Shown here piece by piece: positions 18,704 through 29,090 of a DNA stretch of 64,000 bases. The stretch is from Candidatus Eiseniibacteriota bacterium (GTDB lineage Bacteria; Eisenbacteria; RBG-16-71-46). The position numbers were made by a program, and so were the translations under genes. Position 1 is the first letter of the stretch. Each line of letters starts with the position of its first letter. A model generated the notes under the pieces. The model did not search any database and had not been told where the DNA came from. It saw nothing but the letters and a program-made list of their open reading frames with translations. The stretch spans positions 1 to 64,000 of the forward strand of contig JANMQY010000030.1 in the NCBI GenBank assembly GCA_031370785.1. Reading direction: 5' to 3'.

Positions 18704-19977
18704 TTGATCGCAATGCCGGCGAGTTGAACCTGGGGCGTCGTGCCGGGCTCGGTCCACGCGAACATGATCGAGTCTCCGTGCCTCACCACGCGCGGGCACC
18801 CGCTCCCTCGCGCCGCCGAAGTGCGTGCCACGGTGATCGCGCGTCCGGGTGGGCCGTGGACCGGGATGCGACGCGCTCGAACCAGCGCGTCTTTGCCGCT
18901 GGCTTCGAGCCAGGTTGCGAGGGCAGAGCCATCCGCGAGAAGCGCGACATGCACTCTTCCGATCGGGCTGCCGTCGTCGATGCGGGTCGGGGGATCGAAG
19001 TGATTGCCCGCATCTTCGGAGAACGCGACGTACACGCGCGGCGAGTCGGCGGCCGCGGTGTACCACGCGATCGCCACATGCGAACGCTGCGCATCGAGCG
19101 CCGGTCCATTCACCGGGCAGCCTTCGATGTGCCAGTTGTCGGCATGCACGACCTGCGGCGTCGACCACGTGCTGCCCTCGCGCCGGACGACCTGGATGTC
19201 TCGCACTTCGCCCGGGCTTCGGTCGCGATAGGCGACGAGGATCCCGCGATCGGTCATGACCGCGGCGGTCTGGCAGCAGTCACACACGCGGGCGTCCAGC
19301 TCCGCTTCGTCCCGCAGCTCACCGCGTCTCGTGACCGAGGCGGCGCGAAGCGTCATGTCTGGCATTGGGCCGGGTGCGTCTTCGTCGTGTCCTTCCATCT
19401 TGCGTCCGTCGAGCCAGACCGCCAGAGCGTTGCCGGAGTCCGCCACCAGAGAGACGAATCCGTGCTCGCTGGCACTGCGGTCGCGGTGTGGCGTGACCGG
19501 CGGGCTCCAGGTGCGTCCGCCGTCCTCCGACTGGCTGATGCGGACGTCGTAGGCATACGTCCCCGCGCCGCTTCGCCACAGCCAGTGCGCGGCCAGCCGA
19601 TTCCCGCCGAGCGCGCGAACGCTCGGGAAATCCGCCCAGTTCACGAAGAACGAATCGCCGGATGCGATCGTGGCCGGCTTCGACCACTGCCTTCCATCGT
19701 AGGTCGCGCAGCGGAGGGCCATGCGTTCGCGCACGTCGGGCTCGAGCCAGCTCATCACCACGCGCCCATCGGGCAATGCGGCGAGATTCGGCTCGCGGCT
19801 TCCGGCCCGCGCCGGGGAGGTGATGGGTCTCGGCGCTGAAAGCCCGGCAGGCTCGCCCGCAGCTTCTGCCACAAAACCGGCCGCGCTCCAAGGAATCAGG
19901 GCGAGCAGCGTCACGGCGCCCCAGCGCGAGAATCGATGCGGCATTGTTTGCGTTCGGTTGAACGATTGCGAGGTCAT
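18700..19977 (-). CDS. Secreted BNR/Asp-box beta-propeller (sialidase-like) protein
   Basis: SEDGGRTW and SEDAGNHF Asp-boxes; conserved CDCC and GCPVNGP motifs. Confidence 0.8.
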   Translation of the reverse strand: MTSQSFNRTQTMPHRFSRWGAVTLLALIPWSAAGFVAEAAGEPAGLSAPRPITSPARAGSREPNLAALPDGRVVMSWLEPDVRERMALRCATYDGRQWSKPATIASGDSFFVNWADFPSVRALGGNRLAAHWLWRSGAGTYAYDVRISQSEDGGRTWSPPVTPHRDRSASEHGFVSLVADSGNALAVWLDGRKMEGHDEDAPGPMPDMTLRAASVTRRGELRDEAELDARVCDCCQTAAVMTDRGILVAYRDRSPGEVRDIQVVRREGSTWSTPQVVHADNWHIEGCPVNGPALDAQRSHVAIAWYTAAADSPRVYVAFSEDAGNHFDPPTRIDDGSPIGRVHVALLADGSALATWLEASGKDALVRARRIPVHGPPGRAITVARTSAARGSGCPRVVRHGDSIMFAWTEPGTTPQVQLAGIAIK

Positions 19978-20047
19978 GTGCTCTCCCAGGAAGATGGCCG
20001 TCTCATGCACGGCTCGTGCGTCGGCAGATGCCTCACCTCCGCGAGGA

Positions 20048-20425
20048 TCACTTGACGACCAACTCGCCATGGTACATCCCCATGCGGCAGGAATAGCTCA
20101 AACGACCCGCCGCCTGTGCCGGCAGAGCCACTCGCACGGCCTTGTTCAGCGGCAAGTCCACCACCTTATCGATGGAAGGGAAGAACGCCTGGGTCGCGCA
20201 GGTCTGATCGGTCTTGCGCGTGACCAGCAGAACGATCGGCACGCCCTGCTTGACCGCGAGGGTGGCGGGTTCGAATCCGGCTTTCGTAACCGAGATCTTC
20301 ACCACCTTTGGGCGAGCCGACTTGTGAGCAATTGGATTGCCCTTGCCATGCCCGAACGCGGCGCCAGCTACCAGGAAGCACCCGAGGCCGACCGCGACTG
20401 ACAGGGTTCCAATGCTTACTCTCAT
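20048..20425 (-). CDS. Secreted cupredoxin-domain protein
   Basis: Signal peptide; GFEPATL, TCA and YSCRMGMYHG. Confidence 0.85.
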   Translation of the reverse strand: MRVSIGTLSVAVGLGCFLVAGAAFGHGKGNPIAHKSARPKVVKISVTKAGFEPATLAVKQGVPIVLLVTRKTDQTCATQAFFPSIDKVVDLPLNKAVRVALPAQAAGRLSYSCRMGMYHGELVVK

Positions 20426-20435
20426 GGCACGCTCC

Positions 20436-20846
20436 TTACTTCGCTTTCGCGGGGCTCGCCGCAACGGAATGAATGAGCAACACGGCGGTACTGGTCTTGC
20501 GGTAGACCACGCCCTTCACCTGAACGGGTTTGCCGAGGTGCGGGAGCAGCCCGGCATTCTGGCTGGCGCCATGCGCCTTGGCGATCAACGGGTAAACGAC
20601 GCCGGAGGCATCGTCGAGAAACGACAGCCCCTGCCCTCCCCTCGCGCACATCGAAGCACACGACGCGTGCGCCATGCCGCGGCTGTCATGCGTGTAGTAG
20701 CACTGCGGGTCGATGATCTCGCCGCTCATCGTAACGCTCGCGAAGCGTGGTGCGACCTTGTCCGGCGCGGCTGCTGGAAGAGCCATCGCGACGACCGCCA
20801 GTACCAGCCCTGCCAATGTGGACAAATAGAGGGTTCCTCGCTTCAT
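20436..20846 (-). CDS. Secreted hypothetical protein with Cys/His motif
   Basis: Signal peptide; GEIIDPQCY...HASCASMC. Confidence 0.7.
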   Translation of the reverse strand: MKRGTLYLSTLAGLVLAVVAMALPAAAPDKVAPRFASVTMSGEIIDPQCYYTHDSRGMAHASCASMCARGGQGLSFLDDASGVVYPLIAKAHGASQNAGLLPHLGKPVQVKGVVYRKTSTAVLLIHSVAASPAKAK

Positions 20847-20901
20847 CTCATTCTCCTATGCAGGGTTCGAAGCAGCATCGGACTGCGACCTGGCGTGCGT
20901 G

Positions 20902-21405
20902 TCACTTTCCACCGGTGAGGCTCTTGATCGCGCCCAGAACCGTCTCGAGCTTCGCGAACTCCGCCTGGGTGCCGCTCAGGTTGCCCGCATCGCCGAGTTC
21001 ATCGAGCTTGGTGGCGGATGCCTTTACCTGTCCGACCATGCCATTGAGCTTTGCGGAGCTGGCCGGCGAAGCCGCGTTCGCTTTGTCCGCCAGCGCAACG
21101 ACGAGATCGCGGATCCCAAAGGCGAGATGGTGGACGTCCTTGAGCTGACCGCTCTGAATCGCCGCAGACAGTTTGCCTTGTTCCTCTGCGATCTGCGTCC
21201 AGATCCCAGCGACCGTCGCCGCCGGGGCCAGCGTCTGGGCGGACTCGCCGGGTTCGGCCTCACCGCTCGGCGCCGCGGACTCAGGTCCAGCCTGCGACGA
21301 CGACGCGGGCGTTTCGGACTGGCCCTTGTTGGACGAACAGCCCGCGAGGACGAGGAATCCGACGAGTGCCGCAAGCAGGCTCCACTGACGTGCGTAACGA
21401 TTCAT
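20902..21405 (-). CDS. Helical lipoprotein, hypothetical
   Basis: Lipobox LAGC and VHHLAF motif. Confidence 0.7.
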   Translation of the reverse strand: MNRYARQWSLLAALVGFLVLAGCSSNKGQSETPASSSQAGPESAAPSGEAEPGESAQTLAPAATVAGIWTQIAEEQGKLSAAIQSGQLKDVHHLAFGIRDLVVALADKANAASPASSAKLNGMVGQVKASATKLDELGDAGNLSGTQAEFAKLETVLGAIKSLTGGK

Positions 21406-21465
21406 TTTGGGCTCCCTTGTTCTTAGTTTGCGCCACGACGACCGGCTCGCGTTTCGAGCACGGTC

Positions 21466-24400
21466 CTACGATTCCTCCGAGACGCCAGCCAGGTACCTTT
21501 CTGCCGACTTCCGTCCGAAGCGATAGAACACCGCCGGGGTCACGATGGTGTCGAGGAGCGTCGAGCTGATCAGCCCACCGAGGATGACCGTCGCCACCGG
21601 GTAGAGGATTTCCTTGCCGGGCTCCCCCTTGGACATCACCAGCGGGATCAGCGCCAGCCCCGCGGTCAGCGCGGTCATCAGAACGGGGACCAATCGTTCG
21701 AGCGAGCCGCGAATGACCATGTGCATGTCGAACTTCTCTCCCTCTTCCTTCATGAGGTGCAGATAGTGCGAGACCATCATGATCGTGTTCCGCGAGGCGA
21801 TCCCGGTCAGGGTGATGAAACCGACGAGCGAAGCCACCGAGAACGTGCCTCCCGTCAGGAAGATCGCGACCACGCTTCCGATCAGCGCCAACGGGATGTT
21901 GAGCAGGATCTGGAGAACGATCGGAACCGAGCGGAAGTGCGCGTAGAGCACGAGGAACATCGCGGCAAGCGAGAACAGACTCAGAATGCCGATCAACCGG
22001 GTCGCTGACTGTTGACTCTCGAACTGTCCGCCGTAGGTGATGAAGTAGCCGGTCGGCAACGTGACCTGGGCGCCCACCTTTTTCTGGATGTCCTCGACGA
22101 CTCGCCCGAGGTCTCTGCCGCTCACGTTCGCGGAGACGACGATGCGGCGCTGAACATTCTCGTGCTGGATCACGTTGGGGCCGCGCGACTCCTCGACCGC
22201 CGCGATCGCCGCCAGCGGCACCTTCGCCCCGGACGGCGTGTCGATGAGGGCGCCGCGAATGGCCTCGAGGCTGCCCCGCGACGCATCGTCGAAGCGAACC
22301 ACCAGGTCGAATGTCCTCTGACCTTCGAGAACCTGCGAGACCACGCGTCCGTTGAGCGCGGTCTCGAGCGCCTCGTTCAGATCGCCGACGTTGAGACCGT
22401 AACGGGCGAGAGCCACGCGGTCGCCCTCGATGCGGATCTGTGGCACCAGCACCTGCTTCTCGGTCTGAAGATCGACCACGCCCGGCACGGTCCCCATGGC
22501 CGTCTGGATCTCGGCCGCCTTGGCGCGCAGCAGGTCGAGATCGTTGCCGAACAGTTTGACCGCGATCTGCGAGCGGACCCCAGAGAGCAAGTGGTCGAGC
22601 CGGTGAGAGATGGGCTGACCGATATTGACGAAGACCCCGGGAATCTGCGCCATGCGGCTGCGAATATCACCCAGGACCTGTTCGCGCGATCGCTTCGAAC
22701 GCCGAAAATCGACGTCGATCTCCGTGTAATGGACACCTTCCGCGTGCTCATCAAGTTCGGCGCGCCCGGTGCGGCGGCCCGTCGAAATGACTTCGGGAAC
22801 ACCAAGGAGCTGCTGCTCGGCAATTGTGCCGAGGCGATTCGATTCGCTGAGCGAGGTGCCGGGCGCGGCCACGACGTTGATCGTCGCCGTGCCCTCGTTG
22901 AAGGGCGGCAGAAACTCGCGGCCCATGAACGGGACCAGAGCCGCCGCGGCCACAACGAGTACGACGGCCCCGCCGATGACAACTCCCGGATGCGGCAGCG
23001 TGAAGTCGAGAAGTCGGCGGTCCCATGCCTTGAGGTGCCTGACTACGAACGAGTCCTTCTCCTCCGCCATCACCCTGGCCTTCGGCAGGAGATAGAGGCA
23101 GAGCGCCGGCGAAACCGTCAGCGAGACCACGAACGAGGCGAGGATCGAGACGATGTATGCGACGCCCAGCGGAGCGAACAGCCGGCCCTCGATGCCGCTC
23201 AGCGCGAAGAGCGGCATGAACACGAGCACGACCAGGATCGTGGCGTAGACGATGGAGTTTCGAACCTCGGAAGACGCCCGATAGACCACTTCCAGGGCGG
23301 GGCGGGGCACCTCCGCGTGTCGATTCTCCCGCAGGCGCCGGAAAACGTTTTCGACATTGACGATCGCATCGTCGACCAGCTCGCCGATGGCGATCGCGAG
23401 GCCGCCCAGGGTCATCGTGTTGATGGAAATATTGAACAGATGGAAGACGACCGCGGCGGTCACGAAGGAGAGCGGAATGGCGGTGAGCGTGATGGCGGTC
23501 GTGCGGAAGTTAAGGAGGAAGAGGAACAGCACGATCAGCACGAGAATGGCGCCATCGCGGAGTGCCTCCTCGACGTTGCGGAGCGCCGCTTCGATGAAGG
23601 TGGCCTGCTTGAACAACGGCCGCATCCGCACGTCCTTGGGCAGGGATGGCCGCAGCTCCACCAGTGCGGCTTCGATCCGCCGTGTCAGATCGATCGTGCT
23701 GGCGCCAGGCTGCTTCTGGATCGAGAGGATCACCGCAGGCCTGCCATCCACGCTGCCGTCGCCGCGCTTGACGCGCGTGTTGACGCCGACACTCGCCACT
23801 TCCTTCAGCAGGACGGGCACGCCGTTTCGCGTCGCGACGACGGTGTTGAGGAGCTGTTCGGGATTTCGCAGGCGACCCAGATTGCGGATCAGGTATTCCT
23901 GCGACTGCGCCTCGAGGTAGCCGCCGGTGGTGTTTTCGTTGCTCGCCCCGACCGCCTGCTCGACCTCCTTGAGAGAGAGCCCGAGTGCCGCCAGGCGCTG
24001 CGGGCTGACGCGCACCTGGTACTGCTTGACGCCACCGCCGATCGGAATCACCTGCGACACGCCGGGGATGGTCAGCAGTCGCTGGCGTACGACCCAATCC
24101 GCGAGGGTCCGCATCTCCATGGGCGTGGTCTGGCCGGTGGAGCTCTCGAGACCGAGCAACATGATCTCGCCCATGATCGAGGAGACCGGCCCCATGGCCG
24201 GCGCGACGCCCTTGGGCAGGTGCTCGGCCGCGAGCTGGAGCTTCTCGCCCACCAGCTGGCGATCACGGTAGATGTCGGTTCCCCACGCGAACTCGACGGT
24301 CACGACCGACAGGCCGATACCCGACGTCGAACGGACACGCTCGACGCCCGGCGCGCCATTGAGCGTGGTCTCGATCGGCAGGCTGACCAGCGTTTCGACT

Positions 24401-24579
24401 TCTTCCGGCGCCAGACCCGGCGACTCGCTCAGGACCGTCACGGTTGGGCGGTTGAGGTCCGGGAACACATCCACGGGCAGCCGCAGGATCACCGCAGTGC
24501 CATAGATCAGGAGCAGCACGGCCGCCGCGACGACGAACAGTCGGTTTCTCAGCGCGAACAGGATGATTCGGTCAAACAT
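21466..24579 (-). CDS. CusA/CzcA family heavy-metal RND permease
   Basis: LPVDVFPDL, LGGLAIAIGELVDDAIV and ERLVPVLMTA motifs; 1037 aa. Confidence 0.95.
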   Translation of the reverse strand: MFDRIILFALRNRLFVVAAAVLLLIYGTAVILRLPVDVFPDLNRPTVTVLSESPGLAPEEVETLVSLPIETTLNGAPGVERVRSTSGIGLSVVTVEFAWGTDIYRDRQLVGEKLQLAAEHLPKGVAPAMGPVSSIMGEIMLLGLESSTGQTTPMEMRTLADWVVRQRLLTIPGVSQVIPIGGGVKQYQVRVSPQRLAALGLSLKEVEQAVGASNENTTGGYLEAQSQEYLIRNLGRLRNPEQLLNTVVATRNGVPVLLKEVASVGVNTRVKRGDGSVDGRPAVILSIQKQPGASTIDLTRRIEAALVELRPSLPKDVRMRPLFKQATFIEAALRNVEEALRDGAILVLIVLFLFLLNFRTTAITLTAIPLSFVTAAVVFHLFNISINTMTLGGLAIAIGELVDDAIVNVENVFRRLRENRHAEVPRPALEVVYRASSEVRNSIVYATILVVLVFMPLFALSGIEGRLFAPLGVAYIVSILASFVVSLTVSPALCLYLLPKARVMAEEKDSFVVRHLKAWDRRLLDFTLPHPGVVIGGAVVLVVAAAALVPFMGREFLPPFNEGTATINVVAAPGTSLSESNRLGTIAEQQLLGVPEVISTGRRTGRAELDEHAEGVHYTEIDVDFRRSKRSREQVLGDIRSRMAQIPGVFVNIGQPISHRLDHLLSGVRSQIAVKLFGNDLDLLRAKAAEIQTAMGTVPGVVDLQTEKQVLVPQIRIEGDRVALARYGLNVGDLNEALETALNGRVVSQVLEGQRTFDLVVRFDDASRGSLEAIRGALIDTPSGAKVPLAAIAAVEESRGPNVIQHENVQRRIVVSANVSGRDLGRVVEDIQKKVGAQVTLPTGYFITYGGQFESQQSATRLIGILSLFSLAAMFLVLYAHFRSVPIVLQILLNIPLALIGSVVAIFLTGGTFSVASLVGFITLTGIASRNTIMMVSHYLHLMKEEGEKFDMHMVIRGSLERLVPVLMTALTAGLALIPLVMSKGEPGKEILYPVATVILGGLISSTLLDTIVTPAVFYRFGRKSAERYLAGVSEES

Positions 24580-24591
24580 GATCGCGCTCCC

Positions 24592-26055
24592 TCACTGGCC
24601 GAGACCGACGACTGGAGCCGTCAGCAAGGGATAGCCACCCGAGACGACCACTCGATCACCCGGAGTGAGCTCGCCCGTAACCGTGACCCGCTCGCCGAGG
24701 CTGGTGCCCAGGGTGACCTCGCGCGCCGTGAAGCGCTCGGGGGCGGTGTGAACGAACACGAGCTTGCGCCCGTCCTTCTCGAACACGGCACTGCGGGGGA
24801 CCACCAGTGCTGATTCGACACCGCCCTGTTCGATACCGACGTCGACGAGCGATCCGACCCGCAGGCGGCCACCCGGGTTGGGGACTTCGAACCACGCTTC
24901 GATCGCGCCGGGCACCTCGCCCTGCGTCACCCCCAGTGCCACACGCCGCCCGGTCAATGCCAGATCCGGAATGCTCTGCGAGGTGATGACGGCACGGGTT
25001 GAGCGCTGCACGCCGGCGACGTCGGCCTCGTAGACATCCGCGTGCACCCAGACAACGGAGGGATCGAGCAGCGTCATGAGCTTCTGCCCCGCCTCGACGA
25101 GCTGGCCGTTCACGACGAACACTCCGGTCAGTACGCCGGTCTGCGGGGCGCGCAGGATGAGATCGTCGACCACGGTGAGACTCGCGACCGGCCTGCCCTT
25201 GGTGACGTTCTGACCGAGCACGGGCGCCCGGCCATTGGCGAAGAAGATGCGGCCTGACTGCGGCGCCACGATCTCGATCTCGGCGCCCCCGCGGGGAGCG
25301 ATGCGCCCGAGCACACTGAGCCGCCTCTGAACCGGCTGACGCTGCAGTGGCTCGGTGCGGATCCCCAGCAGGAACTGGGACGCCTTCGAGATGAAGACCT
25401 GCGCTCCTGGGCCGACGGACGTGCCGGATGAGGCAGGGGCTTCGTCGTGTCCCGCATGCGCCCGCGCGGCCGATGCGAGAAACAGGGACAGCATGAGAGC
25501 CGCTCCGGTCGCCTTCATGCGCCGGCGTGCCACGAGCAGAATGCCGACGAGGAGCACGAGCGCACCAGCCAGCAGCCAGATCCAGGCGACCCTGCGAGGC
25601 GCGAAGCCACTCGTCCGGGAGCGCTCAGTACTTACCTGTAGACCCGAGAGGGCGAATCGTTCCTCCTCCCCGGTTGCGGCAGCAATCGTCATCAACACGG
25701 TGAACGTACCGGTATCCGCTGGGGCCTGAAACGGCACGAAGAAGATGCCCGCACGATTGGATGCGACGGCGGAACCAGTCCAAAGTTCCCGTGCATTGGA
25801 ACGAAGACTCAACCTGATGGTGGCGTTCTTGATCGGGGCGTTCGTCTGGAAGTCGCTGAGATAGAGATCCAAGGTGTCCCTGAGGCCCGGGCGGAGCTGC
25901 TTGCTCTTGAGGACGATCTCGTAGTGATCCGAATGTACCGCAAGAATCTGTTGGCTCGAGATTGCAGCGCCTCCTGCCACGGGAGCGTCTTTTGCGACGG
26001 CGGCACGGGCCGTCACCGACAGCACCAGCATCAGGAGCAAAGTCAGACGTCTCAT
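24592..26055 (-). CDS. RND periplasmic adaptor (CusB/CzcB-like) with extra N-terminal domain
   Basis: APQSGRI, WVHADVYE and VVPRSAV...VFV motifs. ATG overlaps the TolC stop. Confidence 0.88.
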   Translation of the reverse strand: MRRLTLLLMLVLSVTARAAVAKDAPVAGGAAISSQQILAVHSDHYEIVLKSKQLRPGLRDTLDLYLSDFQTNAPIKNATIRLSLRSNARELWTGSAVASNRAGIFFVPFQAPADTGTFTVLMTIAAATGEEERFALSGLQVSTERSRTSGFAPRRVAWIWLLAGALVLLVGILLVARRRMKATGAALMLSLFLASAARAHAGHDEAPASSGTSVGPGAQVFISKASQFLLGIRTEPLQRQPVQRRLSVLGRIAPRGGAEIEIVAPQSGRIFFANGRAPVLGQNVTKGRPVASLTVVDDLILRAPQTGVLTGVFVVNGQLVEAGQKLMTLLDPSVVWVHADVYEADVAGVQRSTRAVITSQSIPDLALTGRRVALGVTQGEVPGAIEAWFEVPNPGGRLRVGSLVDVGIEQGGVESALVVPRSAVFEKDGRKLVFVHTAPERFTAREVTLGTSLGERVTVTGELTPGDRVVVSGGYPLLTAPVVGLGQ

Positions 26056-27452
26056 CGAGTCCTCCCCGCGCCGAGATGATCGAGATCGAGACCCACGGCC
26101 GTTTCCAGCTGGCCGCGTGCGTCCCAATAGGCGTCGCCCGCTTCGAGTTGCTCGAGGAGCGTGTCCACGAGGCGCCCTTTCTGAGTGAGGTAGGAGTCGA
26201 GCGAGATGCGGCCGTCTGCGTAGGCTTCGCGAATCAGCACGAGGTCCTGCCGTACGCGCGTCGATCGCTCGAGGTAGAGACGGTAGAGCGCGGCCGTGTC
26301 CTGAAACCGCCGCGCAGCGCCAAGCACTTCCAGCTGGATTCGCAGCCGATAACGGTCGTACTCCGCCTGACTGCGCACGATCTCCGCGGAAGCGCGCGCG
26401 CGACCGGCCTGGTTCTTCTGCCACAGAGGCAGTGGGGCACTGATGCGTGCGGTCCAGAGGTTGTCGGTGGATCGCGCACCCGCGATCCCACCCACGATGG
26501 CTGGATCACCGGTGAAGTCGTCGCCCGAGATCGACCGGCGTTCCCGAGTCAGCCCGACTCCCAGCGTGAGGTTGGGGCGAGCCTCCCGCTCGGCGAGAAG
26601 AAGTTCCGCTTGTCGCTCAGCGATCTGGCGACGAAGGACCTCGCCCGTTCCTCGGATTCGGAGAGCACGTGCGACGACCGAATCTTCCGGAGCCTGAAGC
26701 GAGTCCGCCCGGACCTCGCCGCTCAGGCGAGTCGATTCCGGAAGCTCCCGTCCGATCGCCAGTCCAAGGGTGACGAGCGCCTGGCGGAAGTCGCTGCGCG
26801 CACGCCGGCCTTGCGCCTCCAACCGGAGCAGATCGAGTTCCGTCAGTCGGCCAGTCAACGGCGTCATGGATCCATCGCGCACTCGCGCCTGCGCCGCCAG
26901 CACGACCCGACGATCGAGCTCGGCCAACTCGTCCACTGTCTTCACTCGGTCCTGCAGGAAGAGAGCGCGCTCGAATCTCGCGCGGACATCCGACTCGATC
27001 TCCTGCCGCTTCTCGTTCCACTCGGCGGCGCGGGTCTGCGATCGTGCCGTTGCCACAGACTGACGAGCGCCACGCTTGCCCCATAGCTCCAACTCCTGGC
27101 TGACGCCGACATCCAGAGTGGCCTCGGTGCCCGACCCGAGCGTCTGGCCACCGCGCGCGCTCTGCAACTCGAACTCAGGATTGAAGGACGGGACCCCCGC
27201 GTACGCCGAGTCGGCACGGGCGACGGCGAGATTCGCTCCAGCTACGCGCAGATCAGGATGGGCCTTCATGGCGAGGTCGAGTGCTGCCGACAGCGTGAGT
27301 GGGCCGGAGATCACCGACTGCACCGAGCTCAAGGACGAAGTGCCGACAGCTTCGGCAGACCGTGGCTGCGCCGTGGATCGTTGGGGAAGCACCGCCCCGA
27401 GTTGAACCATGCACGCGATCGCCGCGAGACGATGCGTCAGCCGTGAAGCCAT
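26052..27452 (-). CDS. TolC/CzcC family outer-membrane efflux channel
   Basis: LTLSAALDLAMKAHPDL, NPEFEL, PLPLWQKNQ and AYADGRISL motifs. Confidence 0.9.
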   Translation of the reverse strand: MASRLTHRLAAIACMVQLGAVLPQRSTAQPRSAEAVGTSSLSSVQSVISGPLTLSAALDLAMKAHPDLRVAGANLAVARADSAYAGVPSFNPEFELQSARGGQTLGSGTEATLDVGVSQELELWGKRGARQSVATARSQTRAAEWNEKRQEIESDVRARFERALFLQDRVKTVDELAELDRRVVLAAQARVRDGSMTPLTGRLTELDLLRLEAQGRRARSDFRQALVTLGLAIGRELPESTRLSGEVRADSLQAPEDSVVARALRIRGTGEVLRRQIAERQAELLLAEREARPNLTLGVGLTRERRSISGDDFTGDPAIVGGIAGARSTDNLWTARISAPLPLWQKNQAGRARASAEIVRSQAEYDRYRLRIQLEVLGAARRFQDTAALYRLYLERSTRVRQDLVLIREAYADGRISLDSYLTQKGRLVDTLLEQLEAGDAYWDARGQLETAVGLDLDHLGAGRTR

Positions 27453-27555
27453 TCCATCTCCGCCTTTCCGTCAGGCCGATAAATCCCCTGACACGCATTC
27501 CCGCGCACCAATGCAATGGCGCTGCCTTGTCCTACGGCAGGACCAGAACGGGAAA

Positions 27556-27978
27556 CTAGGCGGAGTAGGGAGGACCGCGAGGGGACTGCGGGAAAGTCGA
27601 GGGATCGGGTGGAGAACCCGAATGCGCATCCGGTTCGAGCCGACCGAAGGCGCCCTGCGCATTGACGGGCGCCGCAACCATCGGCACCAAGGCATGAGGT
27701 GCAGGGTCCGACGTCGGAGCATTGACAGAAACCGAAGTGGGCGCGGTCGCAGCCGATAGTGGGACGAATGCGCAACAGCAGGGATCCGTCGGAGGAATCG
27801 GCTTGGGTGACGGCGCGGACTCGGGGCAGCAGTCGTGATCGCCGTCGTCGTGGTGCTCGGACTCGATCGCGATGGCCGATGCCTTCAATGGCATCAGGGC
27901 ACAGTGACCCAGTTCGAGCGGCATCAGCACCGCGAAGAACAGAGTCAGTATCGCGCGCAGCCCGAGCAAGATCTTCAT
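27556..27978 (-). CDS. Exported Cys/His-rich protein ending in RGPP (DUF2946/CzcI-like, candidate arrest leader)
   Basis: Signal-like N-terminus, HC, HHDDGDHDCC, PCCC, Pro-rich linker and C-terminal SPRGPPYSA. Lies directly upstream of tolC. Confidence 0.7.
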   Translation of the reverse strand: MKILLGLRAILTLFFAVLMPLELGHCALMPLKASAIAIESEHHDDGDHDCCPESAPSPKPIPPTDPCCCAFVPLSAATAPTSVSVNAPTSDPAPHALVPMVAAPVNAQGAFGRLEPDAHSGSPPDPSTFPQSPRGPPYSA

Positions 27979-28333
27979 TCGACCGACCCCTCCAGGAGAC
28001 TTGACCGCGGACAGCATCGCTTCGATCACGACCGCCGGTCAAGCAAGTTAACGACTGCTGATGCTCACTCCACAAGGCCTGAGCGCAAACTCACAAGGGC
28101 TTGACGCGGCCCGCCAGCTGTGAAGTCACAGGAAGCAGCTCCAGGGCATCGACTGTCAGCGGTGCGGGAGCCCGCGATCACCAAACCTCGCGCGGCTCCG
28201 ACCTGCGCCACTCGCGCGTTCCCTGTTCACAATCACGGTGCGCCCGCCAGTGTCCTCGGTGAAGCCCTTGAGCGCCCCGCGCGATCGCAACAGCAGCTTC
28301 GCGCCGCAACCCGGTCAAGACGTTGGCATTATC

Positions 28334-29047
28334 TCAGTGCCCGTACCACCGCTTGCGCCATTGCTCCATCTGCGTGATCTCTTTCTTCTGGGCGCCGATG
28401 ATACTCAGAGCCATCTTCCTGATCTCTGGGTGAGTAGCTTTTGACTGAGCATCCTCGGCCATCCTGATCGCTCCTTCGTGATGAGGGATCATCATGTCGA
28501 TGAAGCGGTCCTCGTAGTCAGCATCCTTCTGTCCGAGATGCTTTACCATCATGTCATTCATCATCGACATGTGCTTCATCATCTTATCGGCATTCGCCAT
28601 CCCATTAGGCGTGTTCGCGCCATACCACGTCGCGCGCCACTCCTTCATCTGGTCGATCTCCTTCTGCTGCCCGGTGATGATGCTCTCGGCCAGCTTCTTC
28701 AGTTCCGGTCGATTCGCCTTCTGTTGCGCGTCCTTCGCCATCATGATGGCCCCTTCGTGATGCGGGATCATCATGTCAATGAAGCGATGATCGTAGCGGG
28801 AATCACCCTTTTGGAGGTCGCGAACCATCATGTCGTTCATCATCGACATGTTCTTGGTCATATCCTCGGACATCATCATGCCCCCCGACATAGTTGCACT
28901 GTCGCCGTGACCCGCCATGTCTCCACCCTGCATGGTCGTGTCGCTGGAGCTCGGGGGCATCGTGTCGGACGCCGGGTGTCCTCTGTTGTCCTTTGCGCAT
29001 CCACTCGCAACAATTGCTAGTGCGGCTAGCACAATTATGCTTTTCAT
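28334..29047 (-). CDS. DUF305 (CopM-like) Met-rich lipoprotein with two tandem domains
   Basis: Lipobox ASGC; two copies of FIDMMIPHHEGAIxMA...QxKEI. Confidence 0.9.
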   Translation of the reverse strand: MKSIIVLAALAIVASGCAKDNRGHPASDTMPPSSSDTTMQGGDMAGHGDSATMSGGMMMSEDMTKNMSMMNDMMVRDLQKGDSRYDHRFIDMMIPHHEGAIMMAKDAQQKANRPELKKLAESIITGQQKEIDQMKEWRATWYGANTPNGMANADKMMKHMSMMNDMMVKHLGQKDADYEDRFIDMMIPHHEGAIRMAEDAQSKATHPEIRKMALSIIGAQKKEITQMEQWRKRWYGH

Positions 29048-29090
29048 TGCATTCCTCCTCATTTGTGATGAGTCTGCAGACTCCTCCGAA

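Noticed and set aside
22012..24813. Long antisense ORFs, such as the 933-aa ORF here and those at 48236-50554 and 59967-62009
   Set aside because: Shadow frames of high-GC genes with no recognisable motifs.
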